Assembly (NCBI GenBank): GCA_032718475.1
Contig: JAUCBJ010002382.1
Location: 1-51,027 of the forward strand
Length of the DNA stretch: 51,027 bases
Direction: 5' to 3'
Origin: Nemertoderma westbladi
Taxonomy: Eukaryota > Animalia > Xenacoelomorpha
Position 1 is the first letter of the stretch; each line of letters starts with the position of its first letter. Both the position numbers and the translations under genes were made by a program. Shown here piece by piece: positions 13,151-23,438 of this stretch. A model generated the notes under the pieces. It made no database searches, was not told the origin of the DNA, and saw only the letters and a list, made by a program, of their open reading frames with translations.

Positions 13151-13554
13151 ACTACTACTACTAATAGGATCGGCATGCTCCATTGCAACTGCATTTTTAA
13201 GAATGCTGTGCCGGCTTGTCGACAAAATTGCGCCGCCACAACTCCCTATCACCCATGACATTTTCTAGATCATCCGAATCTTCAAGGCCAGTGTCCTTTA
13301 AGATGCTTCTCAAGAAAGTCATGGGCTGCCCACAATGCTTATTCACTCCATGAGGCTGCCAAAGTACAAGATTATGCACTGGCTGGTCCTCACGGCGAAA
13401 GCAATGTCCTGCAAAGCGGAGGCGATATTGTTCTAGTGTCAAGCTTGGGGGTACCAATGAGACACCTCCGATATTATATAGTGTCTGGTTGGAGATGTGT
13501 GCATTGTACTTGACACAATGAACCCGGCGTAGCATTCTTGTGAATGTGCCATCC
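13151..13554 (-). mobile_element. RTE-clade LINE, 3' fragment (copy A)
   Basis: DGTFTRMLRR...RLRFAGHCFRR...VLWQP...DRELWR; (TAG)n tail seen as actactactact; near-identical to 31260-31660. Confidence 0.9.
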
Positions 13555-15620
13555 ACTACTACTACTATGATCGGCATGCTGCATTGCAGCTGCATTTTTA
13601 AGAATGCTGTGCCGGCTTGTCAACAAAATTGCACCGCCACAACTCCCTATCACCCATGACATTTGCTAGATCATCCGCATCTTTAAGGCCAGCATGGACT
13701 CCCATAGAGGAGTCTATCTGTATCAGTTTCCCAACTGCGTATGCGTAACAGGCGCCGATACCCTGTAACATCACCTATTCTCCATGCTCTGACTTCACAA
13801 TTAGCGATATAGAATTAGCGATCACATTAGAATTCGCTCAAGAAGTAGGAAAAATGAATTACCTCTTAGGGCAATTGGTTTGCTTTGGTAAAGGAGATAT
13901 TTATGGTATGACACTTTAACCATCTACGTTTATGAAGATATGAAGGGCATTTTGACAAGAGGCATAGACGAAGGCTTCGAGCAATATATTGGCAATACAC
14001 TCATAAGAATATCACCAAAACCAGTAACAACCCCCGGCACTACCATTGCGAAAACCATTACCTTATTATTACATTATTGGAGGAAACCACTGTAGCAACA
14101 ACCACACAAGACAGCGCTGAATCCGTTAAGGCTTCCAACTATATTATTTTCTTCGTTACACTTTATGTCTACTTGATTTGAAGTAAAGTCAAGTTGGGAA
14201 ACTGATACTTTAAACGACGTATGGTCTATCTGGGACTTGTAACCACTGGGTCCACTATGAGTCCATAGCTTTCCAGTTCGCTTCTTGAACTAGGTTCCAG
14301 CCGAAAACAATCCAATTCCAGAGATAAAATCCTGAAGATGGACGGAATTTTGGTTAACACTATTGCTATAGACCCAGGGCGATGTAGGTGATTGATGCAG
14401 ACTTGCATTAAAGTCTCCCAGGAATGTTAAGAATGCATGCTGATCCACTCCAATAGTAGCAGCTTGTAGATTGTGGTAGAAATTTTCCACCTCCTCTACA
14501 GGGGCAACACTAGTTGGAGAGTAGCACACAATCAGAACCACCTTAGAAAAACTTTAAGAAGTTTCCAGTCTTCCAGAATATGAGAAGTGGCAACGGTCGA
14601 TGCGGTTAGAGATTTGGTCTATTTTGTCCAATGCTGCATGTGCAGTTGGATTCATCAATAGACCAATTCCACCATTGCCACTAGCATCTGCTGACGCGAG
14701 GGCGAGTCGCCAACCGCCCCCCCCCCCCCCCCATGTCCTTAATCAGAACCTCATCAGTCTGTCCAGTCTGCATTCGGCGCTCTTGAACACCCACTGCGCC
14801 AAGAGAAAGATTATTTGCCAAGGCAATCAGCTCACCTTGTCGCATTGCGGAGTTGAGTGTTAGTGTGTTTATTGAGGCTAGTCTAGTGACTTGCCTCAGA
14901 TTCACCAATGGCTTTGTTGGTCGTGATGGAACATGAGAGTAGCCTCCAACTCCAGAATCCCTCCCCCCTCGCAATCTGGCCTCCCTGGTGACCCAGGGTT
15001 TGGGCCAGAAAGGTCATCAGGAAAGGGACTCAAAGAATTGTTGGCTGCTCTCTCTCTCCAGTAGGGGGTGAGACAGGCAGCCGGTCAGGAGATAACTGAC
15101 GCCTGTGAGGCCGATTGTGTCCGGTAATTCCACTGGGCTCTAGTGGTCGGACCTCCGCATTACTAATGTAATTAATCCATAGTGGGGGTTGGAGGGTGCT
15201 TTTTTGCCAAGTCAGCTCTCGGGGCAAATACCACACCCTGGTTTACCATTCCACAGGGTGGGTGTCGCAGTGGAGTCAGATATGAGGCCCATCACCCATA
15301 TCCACTCTGGCGCACATGACCCACCATTGGCTGTGCAGCTCATCTGCTGGGTTATGCCCTGTACCCCTACTGCCAGGTGCAGGTCGCAGTGAAGTGCACT
15401 CAGAGTGGACATGAGAACACTCTACTCCTGACCAGCCAATGGTAGATCACCATCTGCCTGGTCAGGCCATATACTCCTGCAGCCAAGTATATCGGTCCTC
15501 AATCCAGGACCAAGGGCGTCCTTATCCCAGAACGAAGGGGGTCCTAGTTACAGGACCAGATTAGCCCTAGTAAGGTCTATGCAGCTACAGGTGGCACCTC
15601 CTTTATGCTGCATGAAGGTG
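13555..15620 (-). mobile_element. RTE-clade LINE, internally deleted (copy B): 5' UTR, AP-endonuclease and 3' end
   Basis: Endonuclease motifs SINTLTL, VGVQE, VCYSPT, LGDFNA and SQID joined directly to late-RT LLYG sequence and a (TAG)n tail; interrupted by an insertion at 13720-14223. 5' boundary approximate. Confidence 0.8.
13720..14223. mobile_element. ~500-bp non-autonomous insertion inside RTE copy B
   Basis: Flanked by direct repeat GTCTATCT (13712-13719 and 14224-14231); perfect 17-bp inverted repeat GTATCAGTTTCCCAACT at 13720-13736 and 14192-14208. Confidence 0.65.
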
Positions 15621-16246
15621 GCAAGTTTTCTTGATCAATGACCTAGAATACCTGACCTGACAAAAAATTATTCATCTAATAACTGGACTTATGACAGTAA
15701 TTCAGAAAGTCTGTCTGTCTGTCAAATATGATAAAGCACACCATTTATCTAAATGACAGGACAGGTAGACGGACCCATAGCTATAACTCGAGTCTAATTT
15801 CAGAGATTACATATCATTATTTTTATTTATTTTACTCCAGCTGAAATGTAAAACAAAATCTGAAATTTTGACCCGTGGGGTAATACCAAACCCCCCCCCC
15901 CCCCACCCTTCCTCCTCAACATTGTAATTATTATTGTGCCATTTTTTATAGCTTGGTAAACATTTCATTATGACTTTGTAATTATTATTGTGCTATTATT
16001 TGTAACCTGGTAAACATTTCATTATGACTTTGTAATTATCCTTGTCTTAGAATTTTCCTTAAAATGGGACCCCGAAAACTCATTGATATTTGGGAAGAGG
16101 TTAGATGGAACAGAGGGATGGTAAAGTTAGTATTTGTTACAGAACGTGTTTGGTAATGGTGGACTGCTGATCGTTTTTAAATAACTGGCTTAAGACGGAT
16201 TGTGGATTTCTAGTTTTTGTGCGGATGTCGTACATGAAAGTGGTAA

Positions 16247-17582
16247 CACGTTCGTGGGGCCTTCGCGCAGGACGAGGCCCAGTTATGAGATACAAATTAA
16301 AATTGAGCGACTGTATCACAAAATCAGTATTTGAGAAATTTAACCATACCGACAATCAATCAAAGAAAGGGGGACAGTACGTGTTCAGTCCTTTTAATCT
16401 GCCCCCCCCCCCCCCCCCCCCCTCCTACCAACCAATACATAACCGCGACATCTACCACCCAAGGGGCGGAAGGGTAGCACAAACTTATTGCCAATCACAC
16501 GTTCAATATGCGAAGCCATGTGGTTTATAGGAAATATCGAGAATTCGAGAAAATCGAGAATACGAGAAACTTGATCGAAATACCTGCTCATCCCTGTATC
16601 CGTCCACAGTCACCGGACAGCTGCGGTTTATTCCCGTAGAACAGTAGAATCCGACCCAATTCGACAACGAATTCGCCTCATACTTTCGCGTGGCAGAGAA
16701 CGTAATCCGGTGCGATACACGTCTGCCCGACTTTCAACAATTTCCTCCAGGCGATCCCAGGATCCGGCTGTCCGGTCCGCCGCTAAACCCAAATCGCAAT
16801 CCTCGTCGATTCGTCCAGTCGTCGACGTAAGTCGGACTCTTCCCACCGCACTCCAAGGTGGGTGGCCTGAGTGAGGCATGAGGAACTTGGCAGTGGCCCG
16901 CATTACGATCCGACCGACCGCCGCATTCCCAGTGTGGTAAATATAATCTTACTGACAAGCAAGCAATTCCGTAGTATTTATTCCTCAGTTAATCGCATCT
17001 TGATGCCACTCGCGGCTGCTCGGGTCCAGATACACCGGACTGTCGGAAGCTGTTTAGATGAAGAAGTTGTTAAGATGGCCTTGCCAACGACCAACGACCT
17101 GAAGACGGTACCGGTAACTCTGTACCAGTTAACAGTACCGGTACAGTACTGTAATCCTGTAGTCTCCTAGCAACCAACTGATGCCAAGCCTAATAATTTT
17201 GGGTAGATTAATTTATTATAACTGTAAGACAGTTACACAGATGCTGCACGAAGACCCCACTCAAATTCAACTTGGAAAATTTCTAAACTTTGGCCATACT
17301 ACATGTGTACCAAGTTTGGTTAAATTCCATTAATTAATTTCATTAATAATTAATTTCATAAAATAAATCATTAAATAACATTCACAAATACATTCATTAA
17401 ATAAATAATTAATTAATTAATTTCATTAATTTCATTAATTAATTTCATTTGGCTGAGTTATTAACGTTTAAAATTGGACACAACAGAACGACAGAACAAC
17501 AGATCGACAGAGCAACAGTCACACTGATTGAGTTAGTGGTACCTGTATGCTAAGCTCGCTTACTTTCGTCGCTCGCCCCACA
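16247..17582 (-). mobile_element. Possible Helentron/DINE-1-like element, minus orientation
   Basis: 17550-17582 resembles the reverse complement of the family 5' end (TGTGGGGCGAGC...CTTAGC) and is followed by a microsatellite-like tract; 16247-16275 resembles the reverse complement of the family 3' end (CTGCGCGAAGGCCCCAC). Confidence 0.4.
16560..17040 (-). pseudogene. ALDH3: Aldehyde dehydrogenase family 3 fragment with frameshifts and stops
   Basis: Collinear motifs across three frames: VYLD, TTELL, DYIYHTGNAAVGRIVMRATAKFL, TLECGGKSPTYVD, DCDL, IAWRKLLKVGQTCIAPDYVLC, FYG...SGDCGRI. These match ALDH3 YTGS..VG, TLELGGKSP and GQTCVAPDY. Confidence 0.9.
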
Positions 17583-18009
17583 TTAAGTTCATATAATTTT
17601 GTTGAGAGGCAATATTTTTAATTTCTTACATACCGGTTTCGATGAGGCTCTATGAGTGAAAGTAATACATCGCAAAAGTTTATTTAGTTTAATAGTTATA
17701 GTGGATCCAGTGTTGGTGCATGAGTACTTCCCCAAAGTAATAATGCGTAATTAATGTATGGGTGTGTATATTAATGAAAAATATAACCGTCGCAGTATAA
17801 TACGGGGAAATATATGTCGCAGGTTGTAGATTATAACTGTAGATTTTGCGATTTTTTTAAGTGTGTAGTTTAAAAGTGAGTTTTCCAATCAAGTTTAGAG
17901 TCGATCCATGCGCCAAATATTTTGTACATACGTGGTGAGTGATTGGTTTATTGCCGATAGTAATGTCCGGATAGGTCGTTGGGATAGTTTTAGTAAACAT
18001 TTAATTCCA

Positions 18010-18220
18010 TTGTAAATTGTCTAAACATTAAATGTCCTCCCATTTCTCTGCTATTAATCCGTTCAAGCTTAAACTTGGCAGATTTGTACTATATTTATTG
18101 ACCATTACTGTAGCTGTGTCAATCAAAGGGACTAATCAGTCTGCAGTTCTCTAATCTGCCACTAGAGGGCGAAATGTCTGAAATCCCTCTAGGTTGAAAC
18201 TTGTCAGATATGTGCTAGAA
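18010..18220 (+). repeat. Isolated ~1.4 monomers of the ~146-bp repeat of the Helentron-like family
   Basis: Aligns by eye to 21660-21800; contains CTGCAGTTCTCTAATCTG-CCACTAGAGGGCGA (core at 18159). Confidence 0.8.
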
Positions 18221-18580
18221 GCAGTGGCGTAGCTAGTGGGGGAAGGGGTGGGCAGCAATACCGGTACTGCAATTGTCAGATTGTGCAATACTGCAATACA
18301 GCAATATGGGTGAATATACTTTGTATGATATTTACCTGTTTACCGGCTGACCGGTAGGCGGTAGATCAAGATTCAGCGATCAATAGGTCGCTATCGCTAG
18401 GAGGCCTAAATGATTGACAGATTGAGGTGCGGCTGTGAGGTCCACATTACTGCATTACAGCATTACCTGATTACAGGATTAGGCCTATTGCTGTATTGCA
18501 TTATTTTTTTGAATACCGGTAGTTATTACAGTATTACTGTATTAGGCCTACCCGGTACCAAAACACATTGAAGAAGAAAT

Positions 18581-20665
18581 ATGGAATTGTTAATAAGAAG
18601 ATGGGCGCTTATATTGATATATTCTGTACAGTTGCTGGTTGTAGCGTTGGCGTTGTTTAACATAAAAGAAAATGAATTAAATAAATATTCAATTGACATT
18701 CTCGGTAAACCCAATTTAGATACGGAGAATATGGATGCGGTGAATAGAGCTATTGTTTATTCTAGATATGGGCAAAAATATCACTGTAATTTACCGGCGG
18801 CCGACGCTAAAGATAAAGAGAACATTAAAAATGCGGCCGAGATGGCGAATGTAACAGTAAATCAATTATTGGAGCCAATGTCTCTGTACTGTTTGTATAT
18901 AACTCAGGGTTGGTGGACTTACGAAGTATGTTACAACCGATCCATATCGCAGTATCACATGGAGGCGGGCGCGCGGTCTGGCTCCGTCTATAGTTTAGGG
19001 AACTTTACCCGGGAATACAACTGGACTGCGGGAAGCGATACGGACGCGAACGTGGTGGGTCGTTACCACTCACAGTGGCTGGACGACGGCTCGACCTGCG
19101 ATCTAAGTGGCGAGAAACGCAGTTCCGAGATGCGTATCCAATGCTCGGACGACCAGCCGGAGGGGGTAGTCCGGGTGGATGAGCCATCCTCCTGCAAGTA
19201 CATCGTGCAGGTTCGGACTCCGAGATTATGTAAACATCCGGCAACCAAGAACGCAGATCGTCCGGAGATATTCCAGATCACCTGCGAACCGGTCCTGTCT
19301 GAGAAACAGCTGGGGGACTACCGGAGGGCGCGTAACATCCGGGATGAAACCGAGTTGGATAGAGAGAAAGAGGAACGGAAGAAGCAGGAGGTGGAGGAAT
19401 TAGTGCAGGAGGAGAAGAATATAGAGACCTTGAAGGACTACGTGAAGGATTTTATCTATTTGGTGACTGCCAGAAGTGTTGGGGGTTTAAAGGATAGATT
19501 GTCTCGTGTGCAAGATAAATTATCTACGAAAGAAGTTGGCGATGTGGTGAAGTTGATAGAGGAGAATAAGGCGTTGATTAGTGACTCGGAAGTTAGGATG
19601 GCGGCTGAGTTGGAGGCCATGGATGAAGCGTTAGGGGGCGAGGATGAGGAAATCGGTGATGAAGAGGCGGCAGTTCTTATGGAGAGATGGAAGCAGATTA
19701 ATGCGAGGTGGAAGGCGGAACAGAAAGGGTTCGCGGATAACCTGAGAGCCGCCGAGGAGTACCTCAAGGTGCTGCTCGGGGAGCAGTTCGAGGATGTAGC
19801 CGAGGATGTTTACGGTATGGGGAACGAGGGCCCCGCATCGCGGATACCGTTGAAGATGCACCGGAATGTTGGGGAGACGATACGGGCGGGGTTTAAAGGG
19901 AAGTTCTACGGGGAGCTTAAGGAGTCGGACAGCGGTCTGTTCGAGGCTGTCGACGAGGAAGCTCTCAAGGAATTGTTTGAGACTGAAGGGGAGGAGGATC
20001 TCATCAAACCCTCGGAGATTCGTGCCTTGAAATCGTTTGTAGTCGACGTCCTTAAGGATAAAGGGAAGTCGAACGAGCTGCAGTTGTTTGAGATCGTGTT
20101 TAACCGATTGGCTGATAATGTTGATGAGTTAGTTGAGGATTTAGTCGATACGGTCGTAGAAGTAGATGGAGTTGACAGGGAGTTCTTGAGGACTTGTGTT
20201 GTTTCGATTATTCAGGAGTTGTCGTTGATGGTTGGTAGCGGGTTGGCTGCGAGCGAGAAGTCCCTGGACATGGAGGCGGACCTTTCTAAGGATATCGAGA
20301 TTAAAATACAAATGGTTGACTTCAATACCGATAGACGGAAGAAGGCTGGAGGTTCTGTGAACGCGGTTAAACTCGAGCGGATAGTGAATGAGCGGCTGAA
20401 CCAACAAGGGGCCCTGCCCCCCGAAGCTAAGTCCTTGTTCAACAAAGTTAAAATCATCAGCGTGGGTCCCGGGGACGTTGCCATGAGCGAGGATGAGTCG
20501 TCGGAGTTCATTCAGATCCTAATGAAACTCGTCGGACAGAACGAAGAGATAGTCGAGAAAGTAAAACATGATAGACTCGAGACTGGTTATAACTTTGTGT
20601 ACCACGGAGATGGGGAGGACGAAGTGACTCAAACGGAACCGGATTCAGTAGACATAGAGAGCTAA
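18581..20665 (+). CDS. OS9: OS-9-like ER lectin (ERAD), 694 aa, intronless
   Basis: Signal peptide; YGQKYHCNLP; single MRH/PRKCSH domain (CLY..QGWWTYEVC..SISQYH, YHSQW..DGSTCDL.G..R..E....C, VDEPSSCKYIVQV.TPRLC.HP); long acidic C-terminal half. One MRH domain favours OS-9 over ERLEC1. Confidence 0.88.
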   Translation: MELLIRRWALILIYSVQLLVVALALFNIKENELNKYSIDILGKPNLDTENMDAVNRAIVYSRYGQKYHCNLPAADAKDKENIKNAAEMANVTVNQLLEPMSLYCLYITQGWWTYEVCYNRSISQYHMEAGARSGSVYSLGNFTREYNWTAGSDTDANVVGRYHSQWLDDGSTCDLSGEKRSSEMRIQCSDDQPEGVVRVDEPSSCKYIVQVRTPRLCKHPATKNADRPEIFQITCEPVLSEKQLGDYRRARNIRDETELDREKEERKKQEVEELVQEEKNIETLKDYVKDFIYLVTARSVGGLKDRLSRVQDKLSTKEVGDVVKLIEENKALISDSEVRMAAELEAMDEALGGEDEEIGDEEAAVLMERWKQINARWKAEQKGFADNLRAAEEYLKVLLGEQFEDVAEDVYGMGNEGPASRIPLKMHRNVGETIRAGFKGKFYGELKESDSGLFEAVDEEALKELFETEGEEDLIKPSEIRALKSFVVDVLKDKGKSNELQLFEIVFNRLADNVDELVEDLVDTVVEVDGVDREFLRTCVVSIIQELSLMVGSGLAASEKSLDMEADLSKDIEIKIQMVDFNTDRRKKAGGSVNAVKLERIVNERLNQQGALPPEAKSLFNKVKIISVGPGDVAMSEDESSEFIQILMKLVGQNEEIVEKVKHDRLETGYNFVYHGDGEDEVTQTEPDSVDIES

Positions 20666-21381
20666 AGGGAACCAATATTTGCGACGTGCCGGTAAATGGT
20701 GTTTCATTTTCCACCAACTTAATTTATGTGCTCAGTGTTGGTAGGAATAAACCAATATGGGTTAGGGGATCTATTTTTTTTAATTGTTTGTATGTAGTTA
20801 GGTATTCCTTGCTCCTTATAAATGTATCGTAAATATAATTTGCAGTTTGTTTATGTATATTTCTTCATCTGTAATTAATATATTTATTTACCAAACTCTT
20901 TACTCACACAATCCAGTTTTCTACATGACATGCCAGTCGCCATCACCCTTATCAAGGTCCTATAAACTCCGTAGAATAGGATAATATCACGAGTCAGACC
21001 CACCAATGAGTAAAGTAACACTTAACAACGATCGAGATGGAGGCAGGCGAGCGGGATGTAGTCTATTGTTCTGATTGTTAAGGCCGTCTCACCATGCCGA
21101 TGAGTATAGTGATTGCAGCTCTTATTTAATAAACCAACATAAACGTACGGGAACCACTCTCAATATGGCTGTGGGTGAGGGGATGGGGGCAAAGACGTAA
21201 TCACCCCCCCCCCCCCCCCCCCTTGCAAATCCCCATCCCATCCTCCCAACGAAACAATTTCTATGTTTAAGTTTCGGTCACGGTATAGGCTAAACAATTT
21301 AGGGTGAAAATGTGTAAACTGTTAAATATGAGGACGGTTGTAAAATATAAGGTATGTAGCGGTAGGGCTACATGTACAGTA

Positions 21382-21478
21382 TGTGGGGCGAGCCACGAAG
21401 TTGGCGGAGCCTTAGCGAATTGACACTGTTAGGGGGTGGGTCAATTTATGCAAATAGTTGTCGTCGTCGTCGTTGTCG

Positions 21479-21510
<32 letters not shown>

Positions 21511-22683
21511 GTCGTCGTTACGATTTTGACATGCTAATAACTTTGTCGGATTTAAAGCTGCCAAGTTGAAAATTTGTAGGTATCAATATGAGCAAAAGTT
21601 GAGATTTTTGAGAGACTTTCAGACACCATCAGTGCAATGGTCTCCCGCTAGAGGGCCACATGTCTAAACATTAAATGCCCTCCCATTTCTTTGCTTTTAA
21701 TCCGTTTAAGCTGAAACTTGGCAGATATGTATTAGACCATTAGCTGTGACTTTCAAAGGAGGCGAATCCATCTGCAGTTCTCCAGTCTGCCGCTAGAGGG
21801 TCAAAGGTCTGAAAGTGAAATCGTTGTCGTCGTTACGATTTTGACATGCTAATAACTTTGTCGGATTTAAAGCTGCCAAGTTGAAAATTTGTAGGTATCA
21901 ATATGAGCTAAAGTTGAGATTTTTGAGAGACTTTCAGACACCATCAGTGCAATGGTCTCCCGCTAGAGGGCCACATGTCTAAACATTAAATGCCCTCCCA
22001 TTTCTTTGCTTTTAATCCGTTTAAGCTGAAACTTGGCAGATATGTATTAGACCATTAGCTGTGACTTTCAAAGGAGGCGAATCCATCTGCAGTTCTCCAG
22101 TCTGCCGCTAGAGGGCCAAATGTCTGAAAGTGAAATCGTTGTCGTCGTTATGATATTGACATGCTTATAACTTTGTCGAATTTAAAGCTGCCAAGTTGAA
22201 AATTTGTTTTGTTGAAAATCAGTTCAACAGTCACCCGCTATAGGACTACTTTATGCCTGAAAGTGAATAGATTCTCCCGTCTCATTGATTTTAATCAGTT
22301 TAAGCTGAATCTTGCCATATATTCTGGACCACATGCTGCGTCTTTGTGGGGGGGGGGGGGGAGATTTAATCGGCCTGCCGCTATACGACGAAATTTCTGA
22401 AAGTGAGATCCGTCTCTCATTTCGTTATCCGTTATTCAAGATGAAACTTGGCCGATGTACGTATGTACTATTCATCCATAGTCTGTGTCTTTGTGGGGCT
22501 GGAGACCCTAATCCATCTTCAGTTCTCACTATACCGCTAGAGTCAGAAATGTCTGAATAGAAATGAAAGAGGTAAAAAGTGATTAGGCGAAATCTGCTTA
22601 AAATTTGCTAATACAGTAATACTTTCGAATTAGTACTTAAATTAAATTTAAGTCACGTGCTGCGCGAAGGCCCCACTTCGTGT
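21382..22683 (+). mobile_element. Helentron/DINE-1(HINE)-like non-autonomous element, copy 1
   Basis: 5' block TGTGGGGCGAGCCACGAAGT, (TCG)n microsatellite, central 130-170-bp tandem monomers, 3' block GCGCGAAGGCCCCACTTCGTGT with short inverted matches to the 5' block. First ~380 bp nearly identical to copy 2. Confidence 0.75.
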
Positions 22684-23438
22684 ATGTAATATATAGACCA
22701 CAAGTTAATATGAATGCACTGCACAGAAACAGATTAGATATAATAACCATTTTACGAAAATAATACATGATAGTAGACAATGATCTGTTAAGAGAGTGAC
22801 TGAAAAAGTAGATGGCGGTGAAACGATTCAAGGTAGTCCTAAGAAAAATACAGTTGAAAAATAAAGAAGTATTAGAACAATATAATATATGTGAAAGAAA
22901 AAGTGCCTTAAGTAATAGAATATATATAGAATATATATCGTCAAAAATAAACACAATAGCAGATCACATTAATTATGTATAAAATTCAATAACATAATAA
23001 CACTATGGTTAAATAACCTATACACATGAAAGTATAGGTACTTAAAGGCATAGGGTGGCATACAGCTGTAGGAATAAAGCAAAAAATAAAACAATAGGAA
23101 TATTTATTATAGAAATTATGTGTTAAAAAATGCGAGCGAAATTGTTTAAATAATGTTGAGATTTTGCACACTTAAATTGTTAAACCATTTAATTATACTT
23201 TGATAAAACGAATAATGCTTTTTGCATTTCCACCTCTGCAGTAATATAATAGTGCAGGAAAACGCTTTGATACTCAAAAATGTGTAAACCAATAAAGTAA
23301 ATTGCGGATGCGACATACAAGATGTAAGATATCAGCATTTCCAGGAACTTTTATCTGAGCCGCTATCGCAATTGTTAAACGCCAGACCTACAACCTGGAG
23401 GTCGTCAGTTCGATCCACCCAGACGTCATTGCCGAATT

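Noticed and set aside
16628-16958. Listed ORFs as independent genes
   Set aside because: They are frame pieces of the ALDH3 pseudogene.
23355-23430. tRNA gene
   Set aside because: Only a B-box-like GTTCGATCC is present and no cloverleaf could be built; at most a SINE head remnant.
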